Source: an uncultured Gammaproteobacteria bacterium (GTDB taxonomy: Bacteria > Patescibacteriota > Microgenomatia > UBA8517). From it: DNA of 64,000 nucleotides. Positions 48,077 through 59,117 of the stretch are shown here, in pieces. The stretch spans positions 3,833 through 67,832 of the forward strand of contig CAZIPM010000001.1 of assembly GCA_964541395.1 (NCBI GenBank), given 5' to 3'. Within the stretch, counting starts at the first letter, position 1. Each line of letters opens with the position of its first letter. A program made the translations under genes and the position numbers. The notes beneath the pieces are model-generated. The model did no database searches, had not been told where the DNA came from, and saw only the letters and a program-made list of their open reading frames with translations.

Positions 48077-49110
48077 TGCGGGCAGCTATTTATAATCCAT
48101 ATTTGGATACTTTGGGTGGTGGTGAACGTTACACACTTGGTTTTGCCTATGTTTTGGCTAAAAACGGATATGATGTTGATATCAATTGGATAGATAAATC
48201 CATTTTAAGTACTTTGTATGACCGTTTTGGGTTAAAGTCTATACCAAACATCAACATAGTTTCTGATGTCAAGCGTGGTGAAGATTATGATCTTTGTTTT
48301 TGGGTAAGTGATGGTAGTATTCCAACCCTACGCGCTAAAAGGAACTTCTTACATTTTCAAGTCCCTTTTAAAAATGTGAATGGTAAATCACTTCTTAATA
48401 AAATGAAACTTTTCAGAGTAGAAAAAGTTATAGTTAATTCTAATTTTACCAAGAAAGTTATAGATAAAGAGTATGGAATTGATAGTTTAGTTATTTATCC
48501 TCCTGTTGACACCTTTTGTATTAAAAGAAAACGAAAGGAAGATATTATCTTATATGTTGGTAGATTTTCAGATCTGATACAGAATAAAAGACAAGACTTG
48601 TTGATTAATAGTTTTAAAAAACTGATAAAGGATGAAAAATTCAGAAGTTGGAAGTTAATACTTGCCGGAGGTGTAGAAGTAGGTGCTGATCAATATGTTT
48701 CTATACTTGAAAAACAAAGTTTGGAATCCCCGATCGAAATTATTAAAAGTCCTTCATTTAGCCAACTTCAGAATCTTTATGGTACCGCCAAAATATTTTG
48801 GTCGGCAGCCGGAAAAGGAGAAAATGAATCAGTTAATCCACAGAAATTTGAACACTTTGGCATTACACTCGTTGAAGCAATGGCGGGCGGGTGTATACCA
48901 GTGGTTTTTGCAGGCGGAGGATATTTAGAAATAATCAATTCCGGGGTAGACGGTTATTTATGGCAAGAAAAAGATGATCTTATTAAAATTACAAAAAGTC
49001 TTTTGTTAGAGAAAAAGAAAATGATAGAGATTTCAAATAATGCCATTGAAAAAAGTAAAAATTTTTCTCAAGAAGTATTTGAAAATAAAGTAACAAACTT
49101 ACTTCTGTGA
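48076..49110 (+). CDS. GT4 (GT-B fold) glycosyltransferase
   Basis: EHFGITLVEAMAGGCIPVV...GG (E-x7-E motif). Confidence 0.7.
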   Translation: MRAAIYNPYLDTLGGGERYTLGFAYVLAKNGYDVDINWIDKSILSTLYDRFGLKSIPNINIVSDVKRGEDYDLCFWVSDGSIPTLRAKRNFLHFQVPFKNVNGKSLLNKMKLFRVEKVIVNSNFTKKVIDKEYGIDSLVIYPPVDTFCIKRKRKEDIILYVGRFSDLIQNKRQDLLINSFKKLIKDEKFRSWKLILAGGVEVGADQYVSILEKQSLESPIEIIKSPSFSQLQNLYGTAKIFWSAAGKGENESVNPQKFEHFGITLVEAMAGGCIPVVFAGGGYLEIINSGVDGYLWQEKDDLIKITKSLLLEKKKMIEISNNAIEKSKNFSQEVFENKVTNLLL

Positions 49111-51425
49111 AAAAATACTTTCCGTTTATATTTATACTAATTCTAGTTGTATTGTTTTTTTGGAAGTTTTTCTTAAAAGGACTTATTCCAATTCCTGCCG
49201 ATTTAGTTGTTGGTGCCTATTTTCCTTGGCTTGATTACAAGTGGGGATATGAAATTGGAGTTCCTGTAAAAAATCCGATTACTTCTGACGTAGTATCTCA
49301 AATATATCCTATGAAAAGCTATCTTGTAGACCAACTTCATAGAGGAGGATCATCTTTATGGAATCCGACTATGTTTGGAGGATATCCGCTATTGGCAAAT
49401 CCAATACTTGCAGCTTTTTCGCCGACGTTTATTTTGTATTTTATACTTCCGAAAATTACAGCTTGGTCATTACAAATAATTATCCAACCGATCTTGGCTG
49501 CGGTATTTACATATCTTTTACTGAGACATTTTAAATTATCAAAAATAGCCAGTACCTTTGGAGGTTTATTTTTTGCATTCTCTGGTTTCAATTTAATTTG
49601 GTTAGAATGGAACATTCACTCATTGACTTCTGCTTGGATACCACTTTTGTTTTTATTAATTGATAAATATATTTATAAAAAAGAAATAAAGTATCTGATA
49701 TATTTCTCAATTGTGCTTGCTTTACAAATACTTTCCGGATATCCCCAAATCGTTTTATATACATTATTAGCCTTAGGTGTTTTTGTTTTAATAAGGAGAA
49801 AAGTTTTAATCGATAAATATAACTTAAAGATTTTAATATTTGTTGTAGTTGGTATTTTATTGTCTTCAATTCAGGTAATACCAATGGTAGAAATGTATTT
49901 AAGATCTCAAAGAGTAAGTGAAACCATATCTTCCGATATTATGTTCTTACCGTTTAAGCATCTTATTGCCCTTTTTGCCCCCGATTATTTTGGAAATCAT
50001 GCTACATATAATTTCTGGGGTAAAGGTAATTACACTAACAACGTAATATATTGCGGATTAGTTGTATTTGTGTTAGCGACAATCGGCTTGGCCAATAAAT
50101 GGAAAAACATCGAAATAAAATATTATTTTTGGTTATTTTTAGTTACTTTATTTGTAGCTCTACCTTTTACATTATCCAAAATATTATTCAACTTCTGGTT
50201 ACACGGATCAACAGCTGCTTCGGCAACCAGAATACTCATAATGACAAACTTCAGCATGGCAGTTGTCGCTGCATATGGAATTGAAGCTTTAACTTATAAA
50301 GGATTCAAGTGGATTTATAAATCACTTCTAATTCCATTTGCGACTTTATTAATGGTATTTGTTTATTCAATAAACAAAATTCATACAAGTAGAGATGAAT
50401 TAATTATCAGAAACATGAATGTTGGAATAAGAAATTTTATTTTTCCTACTATTTTATTATTTTCTTTATTAATTCTATTTTACAGTTTTAAATATTTAAA
50501 AAGTTTTAAAACAAGACTTCTTATCATTTTTATTATTTGTTTTCTAGCTACAATTGAGCTTTTCAGATTTGGTTGGAAATATACACCGTTTTCCAAAAAT
50601 GAATTAATCTTTCCGGAAACTCCTGTCATTACGTTTTTAAAAGAACAAAAAAAACCATTTAGAGTTATCGGTGGAGATGTAATCCCAAAAAATATGTGGA
50701 CGCCATACTTCTTGGAATCTTTAGAGGGCTATGATCCTGTTTATCCTAAATCAGTCTCAAAGTTTTTAGGTGTATTGGATAAAGGAAACGAAAACGCAGA
50801 ACCTCTTGACCGCTACGGATTTATCAGTAATTATGATAGTCCATTAATTAACTTAATTAATGTTAAGTATATTTTAGTTAATGTTTCCAACATAGAGTTG
50901 ATAAAAAAACTAATAAATAAAGGGTATAAACAAGCATTTACTGATAAAAGTGTCATTATCTATGAAAACACTAATTTCATTCCCCGCGCATTTTTAACTT
51001 TTGACTGGGAAGTCTCATCTGATAATAACTATATCTTTAAAAACCTTTTAGAAAGTAAATCGGAACTTAACGAAAAAGTATATTTAGAAAAAGATCCAAA
51101 AATAGAGAAAAGTAAAAAAGATATGTATCTATTAAATTTCGAAAAATATGATTCTGGAAAAATAATATTATCTACAAATTCAACGAAAGACGGTATTCTG
51201 TTTATTTCCAATGTATATTTTCCGGGATGGAAGGCGTCAATTGATAATAATCAAACCGAAATAATTAAAGCGGATGCAACTTTTCAGTCGATTGTTGTAC
51301 CAAAAGGTGAACATAAAATAGAGTTTATTTATGATCCGAAATCATTTAAAATAGGAAAGCTGGTTACAATTTCTATATTTGTAACACTGATATTGTTTTA
51401 TTATTATGAAAAAAGAAGAAAGTAG
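49107..51425 (+). CDS. YfhO-family membrane protein (GT-C-like glycan transferase)
   Basis: 772 aa. N-terminus ...DLVVGAYFPWLDYKWGYEIGVPVKNPITSDVVSQIYP...LWNPTMFGGYPLLANP. C-terminus ...FPGWKASIDNNQTEIIKADATFQSIVVPKGEHKIEFIYDP follows the YfhO pattern. Confidence 0.6.
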   Translation: MKKYFPFIFILILVVLFFWKFFLKGLIPIPADLVVGAYFPWLDYKWGYEIGVPVKNPITSDVVSQIYPMKSYLVDQLHRGGSSLWNPTMFGGYPLLANPILAAFSPTFILYFILPKITAWSLQIIIQPILAAVFTYLLLRHFKLSKIASTFGGLFFAFSGFNLIWLEWNIHSLTSAWIPLLFLLIDKYIYKKEIKYLIYFSIVLALQILSGYPQIVLYTLLALGVFVLIRRKVLIDKYNLKILIFVVVGILLSSIQVIPMVEMYLRSQRVSETISSDIMFLPFKHLIALFAPDYFGNHATYNFWGKGNYTNNVIYCGLVVFVLATIGLANKWKNIEIKYYFWLFLVTLFVALPFTLSKILFNFWLHGSTAASATRILIMTNFSMAVVAAYGIEALTYKGFKWIYKSLLIPFATLLMVFVYSINKIHTSRDELIIRNMNVGIRNFIFPTILLFSLLILFYSFKYLKSFKTRLLIIFIICFLATIELFRFGWKYTPFSKNELIFPETPVITFLKEQKKPFRVIGGDVIPKNMWTPYFLESLEGYDPVYPKSVSKFLGVLDKGNENAEPLDRYGFISNYDSPLINLINVKYILVNVSNIELIKKLINKGYKQAFTDKSVIIYENTNFIPRAFLTFDWEVSSDNNYIFKNLLESKSELNEKVYLEKDPKIEKSKKDMYLLNFEKYDSGKIILSTNSTKDGILFISNVYFPGWKASIDNNQTEIIKADATFQSIVVPKGEHKIEFIYDPKSFKIGKLVTISIFVTLILFYYYEKRRK

Positions 51426-52062
51426 AGCGCTTAAATTACATGAACATGTTCCGCCCAATTGGTATTACGAATCATTGAAGGTGGATCCATTACAAAAAAT
51501 ATGGCACCGAACAAGATTCGATCAGGTTAAAAAAATATCGGAGCCTGCAGAAAAAATATTGGATGTAGGAAGTGCTGACGGAATGTTTTCTAAAGTTATT
51601 CTGGATGCAACCCGAGCAAAATCTCTAATTGGAGTTGATATAGTTAAAACTTCGGTCGATTGGGCAAAAAAACACTGGAAGAAAAATCAAAAGATGAAGT
51701 TTAAAGTTGGCGATGCCCATGACCTGAAGTTTAATAGTAACTCATTTGATGCAGTTTATAGTATGGAAGTCTTAGAACATGTAGAAAATCCTGTTAAAGT
51801 TCTGAAAGACATCAAAAGAGTGATGAAGCCTGGTGGCTTTGGCGTTTTCATGGTACCTTCGGACAATAATTTGTTTAAAATAGTTTGGTGGCTTTGGCTT
51901 CACTTTTACCCCAGAGGGTGGGTCTGGAGAGATACACACATTCAAACCTATAGGGGTAACTTTCTTCCTGTAATATGTAAAAAAGCCGGATTTAAAATCG
52001 AAGTAGCTAAAACTTTTAATTTTGGTATGCTTAGTATAGTTAAGGTTAGGAAAGTAAAATAA
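51406..52062 (+). CDS. class I SAM-dependent methyltransferase
   Basis: ILDVGSADGMF (motif I) ... MEVLEHVENP ... MKPGGFGVF. Confidence 0.65.
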   Translation: MKKEESRALKLHEHVPPNWYYESLKVDPLQKIWHRTRFDQVKKISEPAEKILDVGSADGMFSKVILDATRAKSLIGVDIVKTSVDWAKKHWKKNQKMKFKVGDAHDLKFNSNSFDAVYSMEVLEHVENPVKVLKDIKRVMKPGGFGVFMVPSDNNLFKIVWWLWLHFYPRGWVWRDTHIQTYRGNFLPVICKKAGFKIEVAKTFNFGMLSIVKVRKVK

Positions 52063-52064
52063 TC

Positions 52065-52955
52065 ATGAAGGTTTCAGTAATAATGCCCAATATCAATGGT
52101 AAAAGTATATTGGAAAAGAATTTACCTAAACTTTTTGAAGCCGTAGATAATCCCAATAACAAAATTCATGAAGTTATTATTGTCGATGATGGAAGCTGGG
52201 ATGACAGTATAGGATTTATAAATAAAAACTATAGCAAAAAAGTTAAGTTGATTAAACACAAAAAGAATCGTGGATTTTCGGCAGCAATAAATACCGGTGT
52301 TAGGGCTTCATCAGGAGATCTTCTTCTTTTGATAAATACTGACGTAATACCCGAAAAGAATTTTTTAACTTGGGTGTTGCCACATTTTAAAGACCCAAAA
52401 GTATTTGCAGTTTCCATTCATGAAAAAGGCTACGGATCAGCAGTCGGTTATTTTGGTGAAGGATATATTCAACTCGCAATGGGCAAAGAAAATGATAAAT
52501 TCCACAAAAGCTTCTATGTCAGCGGAGGCAGTGGAGTTTTTAGAAAAAGTATCTGGCGAGAATTAAATGGAATGGATGAAGAATTACTGTCTCCGTTTTA
52601 TTGGGAAGATATTGATCTCTGTTACAGAGCCGCTAAAAGAGGCTATATAAACCTTTGGGAACCGAAGGGTAATGTGGTTCACCAACACGAATCTACAATC
52701 TCCAAATTTCCCAGAAATTATGTTAATAGAGTCAAGGAAAGAAATCAACTTCTTTGCATCTGGAAAAATATCCAAAGTAAAAATTTAATCAAAAAACATA
52801 TTGTGGGAGTTTTAAACAGATTAATTCATCACCCCGGTTATATTAAAGTTGTTGTCATGGCGCTTTTTAGGATTCGAATCGCTTTAAAACAAAAAAGAAA
52901 AGAGATTAAAGAAAGTATTGTTTCCGATGAAGCTGTCTTTGCCCAATATAAATAA
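52065..52955 (+). CDS. GT2 glycosyltransferase
   Basis: VSVIMPNINGKSI...IIVDDGSWDDSI...INTDVIP...YWEDIDLCYR. Confidence 0.7.
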   Translation: MKVSVIMPNINGKSILEKNLPKLFEAVDNPNNKIHEVIIVDDGSWDDSIGFINKNYSKKVKLIKHKKNRGFSAAINTGVRASSGDLLLLINTDVIPEKNFLTWVLPHFKDPKVFAVSIHEKGYGSAVGYFGEGYIQLAMGKENDKFHKSFYVSGGSGVFRKSIWRELNGMDEELLSPFYWEDIDLCYRAAKRGYINLWEPKGNVVHQHESTISKFPRNYVNRVKERNQLLCIWKNIQSKNLIKKHIVGVLNRLIHHPGYIKVVVMALFRIRIALKQKRKEIKESIVSDEAVFAQYK

Positions 52956-52959
52956 GTAT

Positions 52960-53802
52960 ATGAAAACTCAAAAAGAAAAAATTACCTTATCCATTGTGAT
53001 TGTTAACCTGAACACGGTTGATTTGACACGGGGTTGTATAGAATCTATTTACAAACACAAACCAAAGTTTTCATTTGAAGTTATGGTAACGGACAATGGA
53101 TCAAATGATGGATCGGTTGAAATGTTAAAAATCTTTGACAAGAAATATGATAATTTCACCCTTATTTTAAATGACACTAATACCGGTTATGGTAAAGCGA
53201 ATAATCAAGGAATTAATAAATCAAATGGGGAATACATTCTTCTTCTAAATAACGACACAATAGTCTATAAAGACTCATTGGATAAACTCGTAGAATTTGC
53301 CGAAAAAACTCCGGATGCAGGAGTTGTCGGTAGCCGGTTGTTAAACATTGATGGGACACTTCAAATGTCCTGTTACCATTTTCCGACAATAACCAATGCA
53401 ATTAAAGAATATTGGTTTGGAAAAAAAGGATTATTTGAAAAATTTGCGCCTCTTGGGAAAAAGCCAGTTACTGTAGATAGTGTGGTAGGTGCTGCGTTTT
53501 TAATAACCCCAGAAGCCAGAAAGAGAGTTGGAATTTTGGACGAAAGATACTTTGCTTATTTTGAAGACGTTGATTATTGCAGACAAACTTGGAAAAAGGG
53601 ATTGAAAGTCTATTATCTGCCTGAATCAGTAATTAAACATTATCACGGAGCGACATTCAAAAAACTTGCAGATGACGGAAATAGGTGGAGAAAACTTATA
53701 CCAAGCAGCATTATTTACCATGGCCTTCTTAAACACTACATTCTATTTGTCATACTTTGGACAGGACAAAAGTGGCAGAAAGTCTTAAAATTATTGGGTT
53801 AG
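52960..53802 (+). CDS. GT2 glycosyltransferase
   Basis: LSIVIVNLNTVDLT...VTDNGSNDGS...LNNDTIV...YFEDVDYCRQ. ATG at 52960. Confidence 0.7.
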   Translation: MKTQKEKITLSIVIVNLNTVDLTRGCIESIYKHKPKFSFEVMVTDNGSNDGSVEMLKIFDKKYDNFTLILNDTNTGYGKANNQGINKSNGEYILLLNNDTIVYKDSLDKLVEFAEKTPDAGVVGSRLLNIDGTLQMSCYHFPTITNAIKEYWFGKKGLFEKFAPLGKKPVTVDSVVGAAFLITPEARKRVGILDERYFAYFEDVDYCRQTWKKGLKVYYLPESVIKHYHGATFKKLADDGNRWRKLIPSSIIYHGLLKHYILFVILWTGQKWQKVLKLLG

Positions 53803-53818
53803 CTAGGTAAACTATCCG

Positions 53819-54061
53819 CTATCTTCTATTAAACCTGGCGATAAGATTCTTTTCAGCTACTGCTGCAGCCATAATTATCTCGGCAGCAGTTGTTCTAGTT
53901 TGAGGAGTTGAATCACTTTCATTAAGGATAATTGCACTTTCTACCATTATTTCCTCTATCCTTTCTGATATTTTAGATCTTGCAAGTTTATGTTTATTAA
54001 CAGCGCCAGCTATACCTTCTTCAAGAGTTTCAGCTACTGTTTTTATTCTCCCCAACTCCAT
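53819..54061 (-). CDS. hypothetical small protein in an opposite-strand two-gene cassette
   Basis: 80-aa ORF, inverted relative to the surrounding operons. Confidence 0.3.
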   Translation of the reverse strand: MELGRIKTVAETLEEGIAGAVNKHKLARSKISERIEEIMVESAIILNESDSTPQTRTTAAEIIMAAAVAEKNLIARFNRR

Positions 54062-54193
54062 GCGTGTAGTTTACCACTGTTGTACTTTAAATCAATCTAT
54101 TTACTGTTACTAACAACATATTTTTGTTAATATCAAAACTAATAACGAAATTTATTTATTCAAAAATTATGTAATTTATTCTGAAGACAAGAT

Positions 54194-54460
54194 CTATTCA
54201 CAATCTTTATCATTATTAATATTAAGTTTAAAATATTTTAATAGTCGGTCTTCTACAACTGAAATAGCGAATACTGATTTTATGGCTTCACCTTTCGTTT
54301 TTAATGGAAATTTTGAGTTAGCGATGAGTTTAGTCGGAATTGCTGTTAATAAGGTAGCTTCATATTCTATATCATGAATTGTGACAGGTACTTTCTTCTT
54401 TCCAATATTGTCAAACCAAGCCTCTTCAATTTCTTGAATTAGTTTTTGGTACTCATTCAT
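54194..54460 (-). CDS. hypothetical small protein in an opposite-strand two-gene cassette
   Basis: 88-aa ORF. Confidence 0.3.
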   Translation of the reverse strand: MNEYQKLIQEIEEAWFDNIGKKKVPVTIHDIEYEATLLTAIPTKLIANSKFPLKTKGEAIKSVFAISVVEDRLLKYFKLNINNDKDCE

Positions 54461-54532
54461 ATGGAATTATAAAATAAATTGACAAAACTTCATAATTATT
54501 TAGATAAAAAGTGTTATTATTAAAAGAAGTTT

Positions 54533-56233
54533 ATGAAAAAGTTTTTTTTGAAAAATTGGTTATTAATTGTTATTTTGGTTACCGCTTCATTTTTAAGAAC
54601 ATATAAATTAAACCAAGTTCCAATATCACTTTTTGGTGATGAATTGGATGTAGACTATCATGCTCTCTCGATATTAAAAACTAGTCGTGATTACTCAGGT
54701 AATTTTATACCTTTTCACTTTCAGAGTCTGGCAGAATGGAGAACTCCTTTGTATTTATATTCAGCAGTTCCAACAGTAAGTCTTTTTGGAATTAGTCCTC
54801 TGGGGGTCAGATTACCTGCTGCTATTTATGGCATATTGGGAGTTTTTGGCATTTATCTTTTAGTTAAACAACTAACAAAAAAAGAATCTCTGGGTTTAAT
54901 AACCGGTTTTTTACTAGCGGTGAATCCTTGGCATTTGCAGTATTCAAGAGCCGGTTTTGAAGTAACTATGCTTCTTTGTTTTCTGCTATTTGGTTTATAT
55001 TTCTTTTTTAAATCTTTCGAAAAACCTAAGTTACTTTGGTTGTCTACCAGTTTACTTGTTATAACTCCACTTATTTATTCAACTGCCAAACTCTTTACTC
55101 CGATACTTTTTGTCTTTTTGTTTTTTGCTTACAGGAAAGAAATATTATCTCTGCCTAAAAAATACCTTAACTATGCTGTGGCATCCTTAATAATTTTGGG
55201 TGGAATAACAACATATGCCACACTTTTTTCTGGTGGTAGTCAGAGATTCGGTTACATTGGTGTTTTTACAGATCCAATCATTGAGCCTGAAGTTGGTGTT
55301 GATAGATTGAGAGATTCACTAATGCGGGGTGAGAAAGGTGTAGGTTTACAACCAAAATTCATTGACAGAGCCATCCATAATAAATTCACATTTGTGGGTG
55401 AGAGAATAGTAAATAATTACATCACTTCTTTATCTTTTGATTTCCTTTTTGTAAATGGAGATCCTAACCCAAGGCATATGATTGATGGAATGGGAATGTT
55501 TTATAAAGTAGAAGTTATTACTCTTCTTTTTGGTTTGTTACTCTTTTTTACGGATAAAAATGTTGATATCAAAATAAAACGATTGATAGCAGTTTGGATT
55601 TTAGCAGGAATATTACCTGCATCCATAACGCGCGACGGAGGAAATCATGCATCAAGATTAATATTAATTTTACCACCCCTTATTTTTCTTATGTCTTATG
55701 GATTTTCAAAATTTTATGATTTATCCAAAAAAATGACTGCTGTTTACTTATTGGTACTATTCGCTTTTATCGGTCTTTATTTACACAACTATTATGTACA
55801 TTACCCATGGGACAGTGAAAGATGGTGGCATGCAGGCTGGTGTGATGCAGTAGGTGAAGTAAAGAAAGTTGATGAAAGTTATGAAAAGATAATCATATCA
55901 ATGGCTGATGAACCAGCCTGGATCTTTTTTGCAGGGTGTTACCAGTATGATCCCTTTATATGGCAAAAAGAATTTCCTTTAGGAAATGATGTGGAAGTCA
56001 AAGGATTCGGAAAAATATCACACACTGATAAATTCTATTTTGGCAAACCGGAAGGTGGAATATACTCTTTAAAGGATAATTTGGATGAAAAAAGCCTGTA
56101 CCTTGCCTCCGCTAAAGAGATACCTTGGAATCTTATTATGGAACCGACCAGGGTTCCGGATGGGCTAAATTTAGTTAAAGCAATACCATTTCCATCAGGG
56201 GAACCTGCTTTTTATCTATTGACTAAAAAGTAA
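54533..56233 (+). CDS. GT-C family membrane glycosyltransferase (PMT_2/ArnT-like), subfamily B
   Basis: LRTYKLNQVPISLFGDELDVDYHALSIL..., multi-TM, soluble C-terminal domain. A T8 tract sits at 54542-54549. Confidence 0.65.
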   Translation: MKKFFLKNWLLIVILVTASFLRTYKLNQVPISLFGDELDVDYHALSILKTSRDYSGNFIPFHFQSLAEWRTPLYLYSAVPTVSLFGISPLGVRLPAAIYGILGVFGIYLLVKQLTKKESLGLITGFLLAVNPWHLQYSRAGFEVTMLLCFLLFGLYFFFKSFEKPKLLWLSTSLLVITPLIYSTAKLFTPILFVFLFFAYRKEILSLPKKYLNYAVASLIILGGITTYATLFSGGSQRFGYIGVFTDPIIEPEVGVDRLRDSLMRGEKGVGLQPKFIDRAIHNKFTFVGERIVNNYITSLSFDFLFVNGDPNPRHMIDGMGMFYKVEVITLLFGLLLFFTDKNVDIKIKRLIAVWILAGILPASITRDGGNHASRLILILPPLIFLMSYGFSKFYDLSKKMTAVYLLVLFAFIGLYLHNYYVHYPWDSERWWHAGWCDAVGEVKKVDESYEKIIISMADEPAWIFFAGCYQYDPFIWQKEFPLGNDVEVKGFGKISHTDKFYFGKPEGGIYSLKDNLDEKSLYLASAKEIPWNLIMEPTRVPDGLNLVKAIPFPSGEPAFYLLTKK

Positions 56234-57483
56234 TGAAAAAATTCTTTTTGATTGTAATTTTTGCTTTAGTATTTAGATTAGTCCTCTCTTTTATCGTTTG
56301 GCATCCGGATCTTAATAATCATTCGGATTGGGGAATTAGGTTTTTTGAATATAGAGCATCAAGGTTTTATTCACCTGAGACTAATGTCTGGAGTTTTACC
56401 TGGCCTAATCAGCCTCCCGGATCAATTTATATGTTTGCTGGTGTCAGGAAATTGTTTGAATTTGTATTTAATGTATTCTGGCTGATAAACGTTAAAATTC
56501 CAGCTTTTCCTTCAATAATTGTTTCCTACTTCGAAACTAATTTATATCCAGCCCTTTTAAAACTACCCGCAATACTTTCCGACTTTGGAATTGCTTATTT
56601 AATTTACAAGATGTGTGGTAAAAAATGGGCTAGTGTTGTTTGGCTTCTAAATCCTTTAGTTTGGTACAATTCCGCAGTTTGGGGGCAATATGATGCGGTA
56701 ATAAATTTCCTGGCACTTTTGTCATTTTATTTACTAACCAAAAAGAAATTGATTTTAGGTGCACTTTTTCTTGCTCTAAGTCTTTTTACCAAAGCCTCCC
56801 TTTTGATATTTGCACCAATTTGGATAATTTATTCACTAACTCAAAAATACAAAACCTCCGAATTCGTTAAAGCATTGACAATAACTTTAATTGTTATAGT
56901 TTTACTGACACTTCCTTTTTCCAACGGAAATCCAATTATTTGGCTTTATGAGCTTTATCAAAAGAAAGTGTTTACGCAACAACTTCATGTAATTACCGCT
57001 AATGCCTTTAATTTATGGGCAGGAGTAGCGGGCATCCATGAACGACCTGACACGCTTCCGTTTCTTGGTTTAACTTATCAACTGTGGGGTTATATTCTTT
57101 TTGCTTTGGTATATATTCCGTTACTGTTCCGTGTAGCCAAGAACGATAATGTAAAAACACTAGTTTGGATGTTGGCTCTTGCTGCATTTGCCAGTTTTAC
57201 TCTCTTAACAAATATGCATGAAAGATATCTTTATCCACTTTTCCCATACTTAACAATTCTTTTAGGATTGGGTTTGGTTAAGCATTGGTATTACTGGCTG
57301 ATTACCATAATTAGTTTATTGGGGATGTATAATTTTTGGTTTACACCGAAAATAGATACGATTATAAATTTTCTTTCTTTTGGAGATAGGCTTACACCAA
57401 GAGTTTTAGGATTTGTACTTACGATTATGTTTTTCTATTTAGTTTCTTTGGGATTGGTTTCAAAACCGCGTAAAATTACCTGA
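56233..57483 (+). CDS. polytopic membrane protein, DUF2029/GT87-like mannosyltransferase family (GT-C)
   Basis: 416 aa, about 10 TM helices, N-terminal loop ...HPDLNNHSDWGIRF.... TAATG overlap with the upstream gene. Confidence 0.5.
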   Translation: MKKFFLIVIFALVFRLVLSFIVWHPDLNNHSDWGIRFFEYRASRFYSPETNVWSFTWPNQPPGSIYMFAGVRKLFEFVFNVFWLINVKIPAFPSIIVSYFETNLYPALLKLPAILSDFGIAYLIYKMCGKKWASVVWLLNPLVWYNSAVWGQYDAVINFLALLSFYLLTKKKLILGALFLALSLFTKASLLIFAPIWIIYSLTQKYKTSEFVKALTITLIVIVLLTLPFSNGNPIIWLYELYQKKVFTQQLHVITANAFNLWAGVAGIHERPDTLPFLGLTYQLWGYILFALVYIPLLFRVAKNDNVKTLVWMLALAAFASFTLLTNMHERYLYPLFPYLTILLGLGLVKHWYYWLITIISLLGMYNFWFTPKIDTIINFLSFGDRLTPRVLGFVLTIMFFYLVSLGLVSKPRKIT

Positions 57484-59117
57484 CCATCGGAGTCGTTAAC
57501 CTCAAAAACTTTTGTTAAATTATGAAGCGCCACTTCATTGTCTGAAATGGTGACAGTGTCTCCTACTAAAACAACTTTTCGGTAGTTTGTTTCCCCCCAC
57601 TCTATTGGTCTGAATTCAAGGTTGTTAAAATTATGGGTAAAGTTAAATTTCTTATCATAATAATAATTTTTAACAATATCTTTATCTTGGTCTTTTTGCA
57701 AAATTTGCGGAGGTATTTTCAGGTAGAATGCCATTTGGATATAGGCGATGTCTTGTGGTTTTACCCTTTTTGTCTGGTCTATAATAAAAGTCTGGTTTGG
57801 GTGATCTTTAATATACTGAGCCAGTTGTGGATACTGAATTCCCCAAACATATTTTTTTTGATTTGGAAGAAAATTAAAATATGATCTGTAGAAAACTATT
57901 AATGAAAACATGAGTACTAACAGAACAGTTGGAATAACAAATTTATTTGGTCTTTTCAGGATCATTTTATCAATACCTACTGCTATCAGAAAAGAGACGG
58001 GAAGAAGCAGGGAATATGTTCTTTGGATATGAAACGGGTCTTGTGTTAATGCTCCTGTTAATGGGGTTATTAAAAACAGTGTCAATAAAAAAATACTAAT
58101 TTCTGATTTTTTGTTCTTAATTATTAAATAAAGACCTGTAAGATAAGGAATAATCATCCAGGAATAAAAAACGGAAAGATTCGGTATAGACCTTTGAGGA
58201 TCCGGGTCAGGTAGAAAAAACAAAGATCGGGGAGACAAATAAGTTATGTATTTTGCCAGGAAGTCTCTGGTGAAAGCAAGAATTACTGAAATTTGATAAG
58301 GTAAATAATTTTGCAATTTATCTATTTGATCGACTGAAATGTTGGATAGTAGATAATTGGATTTAGTATAAAAAGATGGTGTGGTGGCCATAAAAAGATT
58401 AGGGATCTGGATAATTGCAGCAATTATAAATCCAAGAACAATATGTCTTATATCTTTTTTAAAATTAATCTTTTTAAAAAATATAAACAAAAATGCAATT
58501 AAAAGTAAGGGACTGATAATTTTTTGTGAATAATCTGTGTATGTAGCCAGTGATATTAAAGGTAAAGACAACATAAAAAGTTTATTATTGGATATGGACT
58601 TCAAAAGCATTAAGACACAGGTTATAAAAAAGAGAAAAGCTAAGTTTTGTTCATAGCCTATACGACTGAAAAATATAAGCCAGGGAGTAATGGCGAAAAA
58701 TAAGGTGGATATGAATAAAGTGTATTTGGATTTAAAAATATTAAGCTCTTTAAGTAGAAAATAGTAAATATATATCGATGCAACACCACACAATACAGAT
58801 AAGAATCTTGCCGAAAACACGTTCAATCCTAAAAGAGCAATTATAGGTACATTAAAATATATGTATAATGGCGGCGTGTAAGACCCGAAAAGTTTGAACG
58901 CCATAGGGAATGCTTTACCATACTCATCTTTACCTGTCATTAAGATTGAATAGCTGTTATAGGCACTTCCTGCTTCATCGATATACAGACCCGGTGGATT
59001 ACTGTCAAGTCTAAACATATAAATGAAAGCTCCCAAGAAAATTATAGCCAGAAGAATAGTGCCTTTAAGATATTTAGATTTAATCAGTCGATTATATAAT
59101 TGATTTAGCATAGGCAA
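57435..59117 (-). CDS. GT-C family membrane glycosyltransferase (PMT_2/ArnT-like), subfamily B
   Basis: FRLDSNPPGLYIDEAGSAYNSYSILMTGKDEYGKAFPMAFKLFGSYTPPLYIY. Confidence 0.65.
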   Translation of the reverse strand: MPMLNQLYNRLIKSKYLKGTILLAIIFLGAFIYMFRLDSNPPGLYIDEAGSAYNSYSILMTGKDEYGKAFPMAFKLFGSYTPPLYIYFNVPIIALLGLNVFSARFLSVLCGVASIYIYYFLLKELNIFKSKYTLFISTLFFAITPWLIFFSRIGYEQNLAFLFFITCVLMLLKSISNNKLFMLSLPLISLATYTDYSQKIISPLLLIAFLFIFFKKINFKKDIRHIVLGFIIAAIIQIPNLFMATTPSFYTKSNYLLSNISVDQIDKLQNYLPYQISVILAFTRDFLAKYITYLSPRSLFFLPDPDPQRSIPNLSVFYSWMIIPYLTGLYLIIKNKKSEISIFLLTLFLITPLTGALTQDPFHIQRTYSLLLPVSFLIAVGIDKMILKRPNKFVIPTVLLVLMFSLIVFYRSYFNFLPNQKKYVWGIQYPQLAQYIKDHPNQTFIIDQTKRVKPQDIAYIQMAFYLKIPPQILQKDQDKDIVKNYYYDKKFNFTHNFNNLEFRPIEWGETNYRKVVLVGDTVTISDNEVALHNLTKVFEVNDSDGQVILRGFETNPKETK

